Assembly (NCBI GenBank): GCA_951406725.2
Contig: OX597840.1
Coordinates: 38,564,001-38,628,000, forward strand
Reading direction: 5' to 3'
Length of the DNA stretch: 64,000 nucleotides
DNA from: Octopus vulgaris
Taxonomy: Eukaryota
The first letter of the stretch is position 1. Each line of letters starts with the position of its first letter. This document shows, piece after piece, positions 13,525 through 28,448 of the stretch. The notes beneath the pieces were generated by a model, which was not told the DNA's origin, ran no database searches, and saw only the letters and a program-made list of their open reading frames with translations. The position numbers were made by a program, and so were the translations under genes.

Positions 13525-14517
13525 TGTATGTATGTATGTATGTATGTATGTATGTATATAAGTTTGTGTTTATTAATTCTTCCTACGTAGATGTTCATAA
13601 AGTATGAATGGAATTTTCTGAGGGATTAGTATCGAATAACATATTTGTCACTAGAGAACTTGTGCCTAAAACTACAGGTAGATCAAACGCAGACACGTGC
13701 AGTGTCAAAATTTCTTGTCTCGCTTCAAGTAAAAGAAGCGGTATCTATCACTGAGAAGATGAAATTAAGACGAAACACCGTTTCTGAACGTCTGCTTCAT
13801 GTCATCTGGAGCTGATGCAAATATATGTTCCTAACAAAATCCTGAGATAATTACCATTCAGGTTCTGGTGTACATGAATGAGGTAAAATTTACACAGATA
13901 TTATTTGGGATCCGTGCTGCATCGCAGAGTTATAATGAATGTATATATCTATGTGCTTACCCACACACTCACATACATATACGCGCATACACACATACAT
14001 ATACGCGCATTCATTCATCTCTGATAATCATAGTGTAATTTGTCAGCGAGATTTTCGTTGTATCTATACCCGGTTAATCAACCACGAAGATACTCTTGCG
14101 ATATCGCAGTGTAAGTAGCAATAAAGCTTGAGAGAGATTTAATGGTTTTACCTTTCCTCCGCGTGTGTGTGGCTTTTGTCTGTTTTGGACATAATTGGTA
14201 TATATTACTTATGTACACGTGCAGCTAATAACGACGGCAAATATGTTTATCTAACACAATTATATTAAACAGGATAATAAAATAGACTTGAAAATAGAGA
14301 AAACTGTTTAGTTTGAAATACAGAAATTTACATATTCAAATAAGCCTCGCATTAAACAATCTTGAAATATTTGCGTTCAACAATATTGGAATATTTGTTT
14401 TAATGTTTACACGAATTGAGAATTTATCTATATATTTGCTATGTAAACAAAGATATAATTCTGTTAGGTCTTGAGTTACGTCCCTTTACTTGATACAAAC
14501 TATATAAACACTTAACA

Positions 14518-14906
14518 TCTCTCTATATATAAAGCTGAAGTTGTCAGTGTGTGGCAGGTTTGGTAGCCTTCAACTAACACTATCTCCTCCGAGACCCTGC
14601 GGCGCAAGTTGACCAAGATCGAGAGGATGATATAAGATAGCTTTCTCTTCATTCCGTAGAGAAAATTCAAATCGGACCATGTTAACACCAACAATTATTT
14701 ACATCAAAAAGGTGCTTTTTTTCTATGAAAATCCCTAATTGTTACGATTTTTTGACTGCCGTGTCGCCATTTTTCGGTGTATTTCAACCAGAAAAATGTT
14801 CACTTCAAGAGAATAACAAGCTACATAATGCAAAAGTTTTACTTTTTAAAAATTCCAATTCTAAATGGTCGAAAGAAACCCGAGCAGCATCGGGCGATAC
14901 CATTAG
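14518..14906 (+). mobile_element. Non-autonomous Helitron-like element
   Basis: Starts A|TC(TC)TATATATAAAG. Subterminal hairpin CCCGA-GCAGCA-TCGGG (14879-14894), ends TTAG|T (CTAG variant). No TSD; end shared with the 35963 element. Confidence 0.75.
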
Positions 14907-15255
14907 TTTACTATAAGAGTGATTGATGACGGTGAATGGCAAAATGGCTGAGTCACAACGTCTTTCATTCATTATTTTCAGTGTATTAATACTTATTTCA
15001 GTTTTCAGTGATGTAATCCTATTTTACTGTTCTGGAGTTAATAGAACCAAAGGATTCTGAAAATATTTCTTAAGAAACTTTGATACGTCTAACCGTATTA
15101 TAAATGTGATGTTTAAGCAATTATAATCGCATTAACTAGTTGCCTGATAATTCTCTTGCGAATTTACCGAGTTATATCTAATTAATACAGTATAATTCTC
15201 AACTGGAAATTTACATATGTGACCTGCTAGAAATTGCCGTCCCAAATCCCTAAAT

Positions 15256-15628
15256 CCAAGAGCACTCAGAGAGCATAAACCTCCGGCCAAGCAATACCAA
15301 TGTCCACTCAACGATTAGGCGGAGATGATTTTTAAAATAAGAATATCTGAAATAAATTCGACTGCTCTCACAAACGAGAATAGTAAAATTGTCCCCGACC
15401 GCTCTCAAAAATTAACTAAAAAAAAAAGAAAAGAAAAAATAATCGAGAATTGCTCTCCGGTACCGGTTCTATCCGAAAATCTAATCAGTTCCTGCCAGTT
15501 ACGAGGCCAAACATCTCTGAAAGTTACATGGGAATCAATCCAGCGATTCTTGAGATATATTGTCCACAGCAAACATACAAACGCGACTGAAAACAGTACA
15601 CCCGCCATCGATAAGACGGATGTAGTAA
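15256..15628 (+). mobile_element. Helentron-associated (HINE/DINE-like) element
   Basis: CAAGAGCACTCAGAGAGC...ACCTCCG start, AAAATCTAATCAGTTC core, short (CAAA)-type tract and 3' hairpin ACACCCGCC...GACGGATGT. Family assignment from recall. Confidence 0.6.
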
Positions 15629-15694
15629 TAACAGATTTCTGAATAAATGAACGACATTGTAATATCTATCTATATATATATATATATATCTGTA

Positions 15695-15731
<37 letters not shown>

Positions 15732-15739
15732 GTATAAAA

Positions 15740-15772
<33 letters not shown>

Positions 15773-15947
15773 TAAAAAGATGTGGAACACGAGTTGTGAT
15801 ATATAAAAAAGGAAATGAAGAAAATGCTGATAATATAATTTAAGTAATTTAAGTAATTTAATTAGGTGAAGTTCTTTTTACCGGCTGCGCATTTGTTATG
15901 CTTATCAAAAGATTAGAGTTCCTTCTGATAGATTTTTTCCTCTTATC

Positions 15948-15987
<40 letters not shown>

Positions 15988-16054
15988 TAGATAGATAGAT
16001 ATATATAGATAGAGATAGAGATAGATAGATTGCATTCAAATACATAAACATACA

Positions 16055-16092
<38 letters not shown>

Positions 16093-16173
16093 TGTGTGTG
16101 TGTGTAACATAAAGGAAACATATTCTATCATCACTAATAGTCTATATAATTGTAAGTACACACACACATACAC

Positions 16174-16195
<22 letters not shown>

Positions 16196-16205
<10 letters not shown>

Positions 16206-16401
16206 ATTGGTGAATTGAAGAAATGGAGCTGAACGCAGATTGAACAGAAATCGTTTTATTTCATTCTACACGTGTTTCGAAAGGCACAAATTACCAAAAT
16301 CCGATTGAATAATGGGACCATATTGTGTCTTTCTCTTCAGGAAGAAAAAAGGAAATCCGTTAGAGAAACAAAAACAGAGAAACAAAACAGAGAAACAAAA
16401 A
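16196..16401 (-). mobile_element. Hammerhead-bearing non-coding repeat (family H3), flanked by an approximately 82-bp direct duplication
   Basis: Near-identical to 51783-51892. Flanks 16097-16178 and 16402-16485 are direct repeats. Confidence 0.75.
16259..16347 (-). ncRNA. Type I hammerhead ribozyme (family H3)
   Basis: Minus strand TTTCTTC-CTGAAGA-GAAAGACACAA-(33-nt loop)-TTGTGCCTTTC-GAAA-CACGTG-TA/GAATGAAA. Intact core, helix II 10 of 11 bp, palindromic helix III ACACGTGT, GUA cleavage triplet. Confidence 0.85.
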
Positions 16402-16956
16402 TGTGTGTGTAACATAAAGGAAACATATTCTATCATCACTAATAGTATATATAAATGTAAGTACACACACACATACACACATATAGGGCTTCTGTGAGTA
16501 TTCATCTACCAAATCCAGTAACAAGGTCTTATTTCATCGGGAGTGGGGCATATTAAGAACTTTCTCCATTTGCTAAACAACAGGATTGGAGATAAAACAC
16601 ACTACTAGGAAACGAGTTTCTAAACCATGTGACGACGTTAGACGGAATTACCATTTGTCCAAGAAAATGCTGCTACTGAAAAATTATATGGAATTCAAAT
16701 TATTTTGTCATTTCATTAATAATGAATGTTGGCAAAAAAATGGCAGTGTTATCGGTGTGGGTGAGATGGTGTTGGTACGTTTTTTTTTTCAGTCTGAGAA
16801 CCGCTCTTCTCAGACGAGTTTAGTTTTGAAAAATGGGATGGAGCGCTTCTAATCATAGGTATGCTTCATCAGCGCTAACCTCACGCTGCTAACAACTGCT
16901 GCTTCTTCTCCTGCATACATACATACATACATACATACATACATACATACATACAT

Positions 16957-17006
<50 letters not shown>

Positions 17007-17221
17007 GTATATATTTATATATATATATATATGTATATATATATGTATATATATATGTATATATGTATGTATATATATATATATATATGTATGTATGTGT
17101 GTGTGTGTGTATTCGTATAAATAATTATATATACATATATGCATATGTATATAATATATACATGCACACAATTAAATTTATGTATTGATATATTTTTATA
17201 CCCTAACATACAAACACACAC

Positions 17222-17279
<58 letters not shown>

Positions 17280-17881
17280 TCATTTATATTGTATAGTCTT
17301 TTTTGTTCCTTAACATCGATTTCTATTTCGAATCTTTTGTATTATTTATGGCTGAAATTTTTATTTTTATGTTTTCCTTTTATTATTATTTACTAAATTC
17401 ATCGCTTCATGAAATAATGAAATAATGCGTTGCAAGTTTTATTTTAAAAGATTATCAAATTACGAGAACTAAAAAAAAAAAAATAAAATAAATATACATA
17501 CATATATATTTTAAAATTTTCTGACAATTCTATATTTCTCTTGAAAGAAAATAGTAAAATAAAAAGCACTAACGAAACAAACAACACGATCACACATTTA
17601 CGCGTAGGAAGAAGAACATTTTTTTCACACACATACGCAGATGCACGCATAATCTTCCAAACACACACCATTTATTATTATCCATCTATATATTTTTACT
17701 CACACATTGTATTAAACACGGAGGAGTATATGAAACTCGGTAGGAGAGAGAGCAGAGAGTGGTGTATGAAAAGGAATGTGTAATTTTGTTAAAAGTATGT
17801 TATTATTGAAAATACAGTTAAATACCTTACGCATAATTCTTTATTTTCTAAATCACGCACCTATATAAATATATATATATA

Positions 17882-17942
<61 letters not shown>

Positions 17943-18406
17943 ATATATATAATTGTGTGTATGTGTTTGTGTGAGTGTGTGTGTGTTTGTGTGTACGTAA
18001 ATGTGTTTAATATACTTGTATGTCGCCGCATGCTAACCGTTTGCGTCGATTTTGTATCGAAATATGTTAGCAAGTGTATAAATTTCATACTGATAAAGAT
18101 AAATAAAACACAACAGGCTCAGCATTTCTATAGAAAGATGGTAAGATAACGTAGTAATTTCTGATGTAATAAAGCTGAGACATAAAATATTGTATTACAA
18201 TGAAAGGCAATAAGAAACGAGAGCTATAATATATACATAGCACATTAACAGGTAGAAATAGTGTAGACAATAAGTTATAGAGTGGTGTATCTATTGATAG
18301 CAGGAGATGAGTACAATGGCAGCATAAATGTGGGCTTCTGTGAGTGTGTTTCGCTTAAAACTACATACGTATAGGGACGAACAAATAGTTACATAGAGAC
18401 AAATAC

Positions 18407-18990
<584 letters not shown>

Positions 18991-19268
18991 TTGACGTAAT
19001 TTCGGCAAGGCTTTCGTATGTGATGTATTAACTTCTGTTTCCTCTGCAGTTATTTGGTTTCCGAGTATCGATCTTACTTTAATGATCTTACGCTCATGGT
19101 GGACGATCTATTATATTTATCTCAAATAATATTCTAAGCAAAGTGAAATTATGTTGTGAATTGTGTAAGGTTGGTGAACCCGCAAATACTAACTATTTTG
19201 ATATTACTAACGTTATGAGTTTATACACCCCCCACACACACAAACATATATATATATATATATATATA

Positions 19269-19557
19269 TACTCTTTACTCTTTACTCTTTTACTTGTTTC
19301 AGTCATTTGACTGCGGCCATGCTGGAGCACCGCCTTTAGTCGAGCAAATCGACCCCGGGACGTAAACACACCAGCATCGGTTGTCAAGCAATGCTAGGGG
19401 GACAAACACAGACACATAAACATACACATATATATATATACACATATATACGACAGGCTTCTTTCAGTTTCCGTCTACCAAATCCACTCACAAGGCATTG
19501 GTCGGCCCGGGGCTATAGCAGAAGACACTTGCCCAAGATGCCACGCAGTGGGACTGA

Positions 19558-19558
<1 letters not shown>
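19269..19558 (-). mobile_element. SINE family B, 5'-truncated with internal deletion
   Basis: Matches 9721-10085 but lacks about 70 bp between two GGGAC-like motifs (junction near 19360). Confidence 0.9.
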
Positions 19559-19611
<53 letters not shown>

Positions 19612-19629
19612 TTGTATTCTTTTCGTCTT

Positions 19630-19830
19630 TTATTCTTTTACTTGTTACAGTCATTTTGCAGCATTTGTGGCCATGTTGCAGCCCTGCCTTTCACTCGGAG
19701 AATTCTTGCACTGGACTTTGTAAGCCTGCTACTTAGTTTATCGGTCAGTTTGTCCGAACTGCTATGCATCGGGGACGTAAAAAGCACCAACGTCGGTTGT
19801 CAAGGACTATCTGGAGACAGACATAAACAG
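19630..19830 (-). mobile_element. Old SINE family B 3' half
   Basis: TTTTACTTGTTACAGTCATTT...GGGGACGTAAA...GTCGGTTGTCAAG. Confidence 0.65.
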
Positions 19831-19908
19831 TCAAATGCACACTAACACACACACACACACACATACATATATATATATGTGTGTGTGTGTGTGTGTATGA
19901 TATGTGTA

Positions 19909-19958
<50 letters not shown>

Positions 19959-20868
19959 CATGTATATATATATATGCATATATATATGTATGTATATTAT
20001 ATATATGTGTGTATAATATGCGTATGTGTATACAATGTAGATAGAGTTAGCATCCAAGCCGTATGCTGTTGATGTATCTCTGCTTATTGCAGTAATACAA
20101 AGTCGTTGGTCGATATTATACTTGAGTAAGGCATGCATAAGTGTTAGATATTCAGGAATCTCTGCAAAAAATTATTTTCCCAGAACGTTCAACTCGAATG
20201 CATTCTTTACTTAACTATAACATTCACACACGATTTTGTATCATTCGATTAAACCGATTTTCTTCAAGCAGACTCGCCTTAAATATTAGCCCTATTTACA
20301 TAGCATCCTCCTTTTATATAATCAATTTCCTTATATTTCTCTCTTTCAGTGCTTCCTGCAGGTATTAGTTTTGTTACTTATTCTCTCTTCTAACTACATC
20401 GAGGATTACTGATTAATAAGTATATACAGGCAATGGAGATGGATTTATTCTAAGGAATTGCCTTTAGAATTTCTCTCTTTGTCTACCAAATGAAAGCATT
20501 CGATTGTCATTGGAAAATTTAAAGAGTTGCTTAATGTTCAAGAACTCTCAGTGTATGCGTATTAAAGTTTTGTTGAAGTTTTTAAGTCTGTATGACGTCA
20601 ATAACATAAAAATTCTCAGTGACAAGTAGGAGGTTTTTCAAATACAGAAAATCGACAAAATGATTTTATCCCTTTGTCTAACACATCTGATATCTGTAGA
20701 ATATGTTTTTTTTTTTTTGGCTATCAGTGCCAGCATTCTTCTTCCCTATTAAGAAGGTTTTGAAGCCTCTGAGATGCAATGTTCCAAATAGGATCTATTT
20801 AACGTTTTTTTTTTTTAAGTTTATTAATTTCGAGGCCAACAACTTGCATATGTGTGTATGTATGTATG

Positions 20869-20990
<122 letters not shown>

Positions 20991-21511
20991 CGTAAAAGTT
21001 GCTTTGACATATGAATGTATATAGGTACATTTTTTATTTTTAAAAGTGGCAGCTGGTACTCTAAATCGACATCTAATATTATCATACTAATTCTAAGTAC
21101 ATTTTCTCAAATTGTTGTTCACATGCCTACAAAGAATTTACATAAACTAACGTAAAATCTGTCAGCCAATGTTAGAGAGTGTTTGGTCAGGATTAGTGCA
21201 TATGGGATGCCATGGAATTCCGTAAAATAAGATTTCATCTACGAAAATAAAGAGGCGGTTTGTAAGCGTAAAGTTGAAGCTTACTCTTTTACTCTTTCTC
21301 GGCGCGACCGCAGCAGATAAATATCTAGGACCCTGTGAGCATTTCTCATTCGAGAAAAAAACCAATATAAAAATAATTTTAATTCTCCACCGAATCCCTA
21401 AAATGACAGATGCCTACCTTGCAGTCGCGCCTTCAACGGTTCTTCAAGCACGTCTTGACAGTGTTCACTCTCGTAAGTGACTGAGAAACTCACGCATGCG
21501 TAAGCGAAGGT

Positions 21512-21549
21512 AAGCAAGCTACTTACCACAAAGCCACTCCTACGCCTAT
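21512..21549 (-). mobile_element. SINE family B head fragment
   Basis: AAGCAAGCTACTTACCACAAAGCCACTCCTACGCCTAT, nearly identical to 53375-53412. Confidence 0.8.
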
Positions 21550-21850
21550 GGATTATTATGCATGGGGTGCGGTTAAGAAATACACCGACCGTTCTGCCTA
21601 CAACACCAAGGCCATGCAGCTGGCCAAGATCAAAGTGTTGTTCGAAGAAATTCTTAGGGCCACTGTGAAGAATGCATGCGCCTAGTCCCGGACTCACCTT
21701 GAGGACATGGCAGAAGCTGAAAGTACATACTCTCCCAGCCATTATTTAATCGGTATTTCTTTGATTTTTCTAAATTGCATTCAATAATTTTGTATGTACT
21801 TTCGTTTTCTTCTCATTTTAACCAGCGAGTGAAATTTAGCCGAACACCGT
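21545..21850 (+). mobile_element. Tc1/mariner-superfamily transposase C-terminal remnant
   Basis: Translation PMDYYAWGAVKKYTDRSAYNTKAMQLAKIKVLFEEILRATVKNACA*SRTHLEDMAEAE matches the (SPDLN)PxDYxxWG...C..F..RL...A.G pattern. Possible TIR remnant near 21826-21850. Confidence 0.75.
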
Positions 21851-21947
21851 CATAATAAATTGTTGTTGTTATTATTAAAATAAATTGTTATAATAATAAT
21901 GTATTATTATTATTATTATTATTATTAGTAGTAGTAGTAGTAGTAGC

Positions 21948-21978
<31 letters not shown>

Positions 21979-22057
21979 CTATCATCATCATCATTCTGAT
22001 TGCTGTTGTTATTATTATTATTATTATTATTACTATATAAAAGCTGTATTAGTTGAC

Positions 22058-22443
22058 GTGGAGGCGCAATGGCCCAGTGTTTAGGGCAGCGGACTCGCGG
22101 TCGTAGGATCGCGGTTTCGATTCCCAGACCGGACGATGTGAGTGTTTATTGAGCGAAAACACCTAAAGCTCCACGAGGCTCCGGCAGAGATGGTGGTGAT
22201 CCCTGCTGTACTCTTTCACCACAACTTTCTCTCACTCTTACTTCCTGTCTCTCTTGTACCTGTATTTCAAAGGGCCGGCCTTGTCACTCTCTGTGTCACG
22301 CTGAATATCCCCGAGAACTACGTTAAGGGTACACGTGTCTGTGTAGTGCTCAGCCACTTACACGTTAATTTCACGAGCAGGCTGTTCCGTTGATTCGGAT
22401 CAACCGGAACCCTCGTCGTCGTGACCGACGGAGTGCTTCCACC
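22058..22443 (+). mobile_element. SINE family A with tail type 2, full length
   Basis: tRNA-like head; tail ending CCGACGGAGTGCTTCC; TSD AGTTGAC at 22051-22057 and 22444-22450. Confidence 0.92.
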
Positions 22444-22988
22444 AGTTGACAGTTGATGTTAATGTGTTGGTTAGTCAAGACGAAATCAAGGTGGAATAAA
22501 CTAAGCTGCTTTCAAGCGCTGAGTTCATATCGAAAGAAAGTTCGGAGATTGTGGCAATACTTCGCATTTGTAGAATACGTACAGTCGGTGGTCCGTGTCG
22601 TCTCTATAAAAGGAGATTGTGATAGAAGCACCGCAGTCTGTAATTAAAAACTGTAGCATCATATACAATGAAGGTTTGTGAAAATGCTTTATCTTTTGAT
22701 GCTGTTGTTGATATTCATGTTTCAGTTGCTGCTGCTGCTGTTGTTATTGTTGTTGTTGTTGTTGCTGATGTTGTACTTGTTCTTCGTGTTCTTGCTGTAG
22801 CTATGCTCAAGCAAACGTGCAACACGTAGATTTGCGTTCGACGAACTTGGTTCGAGCCATAGATTTACGACTGTATTCGATGATCTATGTCACGTGTTCC
22901 CTGCACCGCTTTTAGACAATCGACACCATAATTAATAAAATTCTGGTCCTCGCTCATCAGTCCCCATGCATGCACAAGAAGATAAAAA

Positions 22989-23136
<148 letters not shown>

Positions 23137-23421
23137 AACTAGACGTGCATTTATGAAGCCCTTGAATAGACCCATTGACCCATAGGGGTCGATGTTGCCC
23201 AACTCGGAAACCCCTTTTAAAAACTCACTGTCAAAATCTTTGAAATTTAGAATCCCCCGTTCTTTCCGCTGCCGTTGGTTCCTTGACATTCAGGGAAACC
23301 TTCAACATCGCCATTGTAATCAATCATGGACTGTGGTGACAAATGCCACAAGCATCTTTCGCTATCTCTTCTCTGTAATCCATAACATAAAAATCAATAA
23401 CGCACCGAATGTAATACATAC

Positions 23422-23507
<86 letters not shown>

Positions 23508-23592
23508 TCTTAGGGTTGTAAGAATATTCATGGAAAAATTCTTAGTTACCAGTGGTTTAGAGAGAAAGAAAAACATAGTCAATAGACTGTAT

Positions 23593-23909
<317 letters not shown>

Positions 23910-24522
23910 ATATATAGATTCATATTTACAGAAATAGCGTCTTCTTAATATTGTTACTTTAGTGTAAGCTCCAACCTACCCCATACCTCACATAGTGTTC
24001 GTATCTTCAACATCCAAAACCAAAGAAAAGCAGCCTTTTCTGCATATTCATGATTTTAATGTTCTTCTCGTTGAAGTAACGTAAACAAGTTTGATCTCAA
24101 CGTATCATAGAAAGAAAAAAAAGAAATTCGTTCAGATTTTAAATTTACACTTGCTACAGCCTGAAGAAAGTTCTCTGCTAATATTATCCTAGCAACACAA
24201 CACATACCTTCACATCCTTTCCTCAAACTATGGAGAATGTCAACGTCCTTGAAATGGCCGACATTGACAAAACAATAAAATATGCAATTTTTTCTTCCCT
24301 TTCTGTCATACATTTTATTAATTTATATTTTTGTTTAACTCCAAGAAGGTAAATACCATTAGGAATGATTAAAATATTATAGAAGACACAATTCATACCA
24401 AAATGGTGCATATAATAATTATTTTAAATATTTATAATTACTATAAATGTTTCACTTTTTTCAGGCAGCTTACGTTATGTCTCTTGCTATTTCCTTTAGT
24501 ATTACATGGCACACTGTGCACA

Positions 24523-24597
<75 letters not shown>

Positions 24598-25432
24598 AAA
24601 CAAACACAGTCACACATATTTATATATATGTGCTAATAATCCTGCTCGTATTTCTGCATTGATTCCTATTCCACGCCATCTTCCTGAAGTCAAAATAGAA
24701 ATGCTGAGATCTTGGTTTTGAATTTCAGAAATATATGCAGAGTGTATGCTTTTTATGATAAACGTTGAGGAAATTGTAAACAGACGACGATTTAAAGTTT
24801 GTTGATTGTCGACCGGTTCCTTGTGGAAGTAAATGACTTGTGGTGCGAGCAGGTATATTTCACTAATTACAATGAAAATGTAGAGAAGAATTAATGCTGA
24901 AGTAAATGTCTAGCTATTATAAGCAATGATAATTGAGAATGGGATCCACTGTTAGCAGAGGTGCAGCCATTTTGCAGGAAACACAAATTCTATCTCTGAT
25001 CTATTTCGTTAGAATGTGAATTTTGGGTGATGTTCTAGAAAATACGATTATTATTGCAAATTACATTTTCACATTAAAACACAGATTTCACTTTAAAATA
25101 CTCGGTCTTTTAACATGTGTTACTCTTATAATATTATCTCAATATACGACATAATTTAATATTTCCCAATAAGTCACAAAGGCAAACGTACGACTGTCAG
25201 AATTTGAGTTAATAATTAATCTTGTTTGAAGTCTTAAGACATCTCTAATTGCCTAAATGAAGTAATATGCGGAAAAGGTAAGAAAATTACCTTTGCATGT
25301 GAGAACGATATTATTTAGTTTCCATACACAGTGATAGATGAATGTGTAACCGATAATATGTTTGATTTGAAGGTATGAAATTGTTATGCATATAATGATT
25401 TTTAACTAATGTTCTTCTAATCATATTTAGTA

Positions 25433-25665
25433 TATTTATTTACTACCCACAAGGGGCTATACACAGAGGGGACAAGCAAGGGGAGACAAGCGGATTAAGT
25501 CGATTATATCAACCTCAGTGCGAAACTGGTACTTATTTAATCGACCCCGAAATGATAAAAGGCAAAGTAGACCTCGGGGGAATTTGAACTCAGAAGGTAA
25601 CGGCAGAGGAAATACGGCTACGCATTTCGCCCGGCGTGCTAACGCTTCTGCCAGCTCGCTGCCTT
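25433..25665 (-). mobile_element. SINE family C
   Basis: Colinear with 10193-10425. Confidence 0.88.
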
Positions 25666-25973
25666 CATATTTAGTTGCCCTCGGTACGTTAGCAGTTGTT
25701 ATATGTTATCTATCTTTCTCCTTTGGGCTACCAACTTCGTAAAACACCTTTAAGGGAGAAGGATGTGGCGTTGCTTGAAACATATTCTGAGTCAGGGCAT
25801 GAAGGGTTACACTAAACTCGTGAAGATTGCCTATTTGAGAAGCGGTATTATACAAGATGTACCGATGATTCTCATATCACATTGAGGATCTTGTGATTTC
25901 TGTACTGAGGAAAAATATGGAATTATTTATTAATCAATTTTATTTAACTACTTGAATGCTATGTTGTAGATTT

Positions 25974-26158
25974 AAGGCGGAGCGCTGGCAGAATCGATAG
26001 CCCTCATTTCGTTAGTCTGTACGTTCTTAATTGAAATTGAAGTTTGCCTCATATCATTTTGGGGCCGATAGAATAATTACTAGTTCAGCAGTGAGGTGGA
26101 TGAAAAGGGATTACCTCGCTTCCAAGCCCATTGGCCTTGGACCAAAAACTCAAACTAT
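25974..26158 (+). mobile_element. Old SINE family C copy (tail C2)
   Basis: AAGGCGGAGCGCTGGCAGAATCGATAGC head, TTTGCCTCATATCATTTTGGGGCCGATA core. Confidence 0.55.
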
Positions 26159-26503
26159 TTCGTTCTGTATACTGAAAACAGTTAGAACTAAGTTTGTAGA
26201 TAACATGCGTTTGATGGAAGATCTGTAGAAGAGAGTAACCTTACTCTCTCTAAGAATTGATACATCATCACCCCTCATATCGCTTCATTGCCTTTAGAAG
26301 TTATAATCAGAGTCGAGGTTGTTGCAAGTGTTCAAAATTGATATGGATGTATATGTATATTCCAGTATATATAATTAATTATCTGTAACCTTATGTGTAT
26401 GTATATTTTTATATATTTAGTTATATATGTATATATATATATCCAAATGTATGTGTATTTTGTTTCATATTTATATTTACATTTTTATAATTGTACTTTA
26501 TAA

Positions 26504-26637
26504 TCTCTGACGAGGCCTTGAGATATATATATATATATATGTGTGTACCTCATTTATAACTGCATATTACCTCAATACAACTGACTAATATAAGCAGAAT
26601 GAGATACTTTTATATATAGGCTGAAACAGCTGTAAGG
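26504..26637 (+). ncRNA. Type I hammerhead-like motif (family H4) with 99-nt helix II loop
   Basis: TCT-CTGACGA-GGCCT-(26519-26617)-AGGCT-GAAA-CAGCTG-TA/AGG. Core intact, helix I only about 3 bp. Confidence 0.6.
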
Positions 26638-26811
26638 ACCATTTTATGTGTATTATTCTTATGGTATTATTATCTTACATATTGACGTATATTGTTTTGT
26701 TCGATTTGGATGTTCCTATTTATATAGTTAATAAATAACTATGAAATGGTAATATCTGTAAGTTGATGATTGAATTGAATTTGTTCCTCAATTTTCTTAT
26801 TTGTATATATA

Positions 26812-26851
<40 letters not shown>

Positions 26852-27603
26852 AAATATATAGACACACAGATATACACACCTTCGCATATAGTTTCGCAGC
26901 ACACATGCACTCTTAGAAGAAAAGCAGTCACATTATCATAAGACACTGCCCTACACTACCTGATTCCCAACACGTATCTAAATACCTGATAAATCAATTA
27001 GGTGTTATAAATCGTGACACCTGTCTTTTTTTTAATACCGTTTGGAATAAAGAAAGCTATCACCATTCACTCTATAGGATAACGCGTATCTCGTAAATAT
27101 AGTATATTGTCATATGAGTTTTTAGTTTTATTCCATTTTTCAGTTATATCTTGCTGAGTTCTCTCACACTCACTTACTATCTCTCCATCTCTCTCTCTCA
27201 CACACTCTCTCTGATTCTGTCATTCTCTCTCTCTTTCACTCTCCCCATCTCTCCTTCCTCTCCTTTGCTCTTTTCTATACATGCTTCACTAATATATTTT
27301 AAATTTGACTTGTTGTCATTTTCTGAAATGTTTACATAAAGTGTTATTCTATATTTCATGCTATAAACTCAACGAAAATGCAACACAAATAAATAAAAAA
27401 AAAAAACAACGGAGATTACGAAGAAGAGAAAGAAGAAAATAAGCAGAACGCCGACGACGCCGACCACAAAAATAATGGAGTTTCCCATAGGGCAGGAACA
27501 AACCATTTTCGAAAGGGATAATCGATTACATCTTACCTAACCCTTCAATGGATTTCATTTTATCATATGTGAAGTAAGGAAGTAATGAGCCGTAACATCA
27601 AAG

Positions 27604-28130
27604 AGGATGATTTTATTGATGATGAGGATGATGATGATGATGAGGAGGAGGAGGAGGAGGATGGGGATGATGAAGATGATGATGATGATGGTGAGGATGA
27701 TGAGGATGATGGTGATGATAATGTTGATGGTGATGATGATGATGATGATGAAGGGGATGGGGATGATGATGATGAGGATGTTGATGAGGATGATGAGGAT
27801 GAGGATGATGAGGATGAGGATGATGAGGATGTGATGGATGAGGAGGATGAGGATGTGGAGGATGAAGAGGAGGAGGAGGAGGATGTTGAGGATGAGGATG
27901 TGGAGGATGAAGAGGAGGAGGAGGAGGATGTTGAGGATGAGGAGGGTGAGGATGAGGAGAATGAGGATGTGGAGGATGAGGAGGATGAGGAGGATGAGGA
28001 GGGGGATGAGGAGGATGAGGATGAGGATGAGGATGAGGAGGAGGAGGAGGAGGATGAGGTTGATGATGATGAGGAGGAGGAGGGGAATGAGGATGATGAT
28101 CATGATGATGATGATAATAATAATAATAAC
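27604..28130. repeat. (GAT)/(GAG) low-complexity trinucleotide tract
   Basis: Direct inspection; includes an internal duplication of about 45 bp. Confidence 0.9.
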
Positions 28131-28448
28131 ACAAGACCAAATCTTGCTCACATAAAAACTACCAGGCTAACGTTCTTCAAAACGGTTCTGATCCTAAATT
28201 CTGATTCTGCGACACATTTGACGAAAGAATAAACCATCTCATCTCGGGATTTCCAGTGATGACAGCAAACGAATACAAAATTCGCCACGCGCTGTCCATC
28301 TTGATATGAGATCACCATGTTGCGCACACATTGTTATAATGCATGTGTCTGGTGTACCCTTATCAGACGGGTGGTCATGGTGGGTATACTGGGCTTCGTA
28401 TGTTTTATACCAGTGTCACTGCTCTCTCACTCAATATCAATAATGCTA

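Noticed and set aside
20325-20368. Polypyrimidine-CAG / 12 nt / GTATTA, a possible microexon (similar pattern at 13850-13888)
   Set aside because: Such signals are common by chance in AT-rich DNA and cannot be supported without RNA-seq
22058-22135. tRNA-like sequences at SINE A and D heads
   Set aside because: They run directly into SINE bodies with TSDs and lack a proper acceptor stem; not tRNA genes
22885-22968. Minus-strand CTGATGA followed by GGAACACGTGAC, resembling a hammerhead
   Set aside because: GAAA and UH are both altered and helices I and II do not pair
23170-23216. GACCCATAGGGGTCG...GGAAACCCCT resembling a hAT/MITE terminus
   Set aside because: No partner terminus or TSD found
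27585-28232. 215-aa Asp/Glu-rich ORF resembling an acidic nucleolin-like tract
   Set aside because: Built from GAT/GAG trinucleotide repeats that are open in several frames on both strands; no folded domain or convincing splice context
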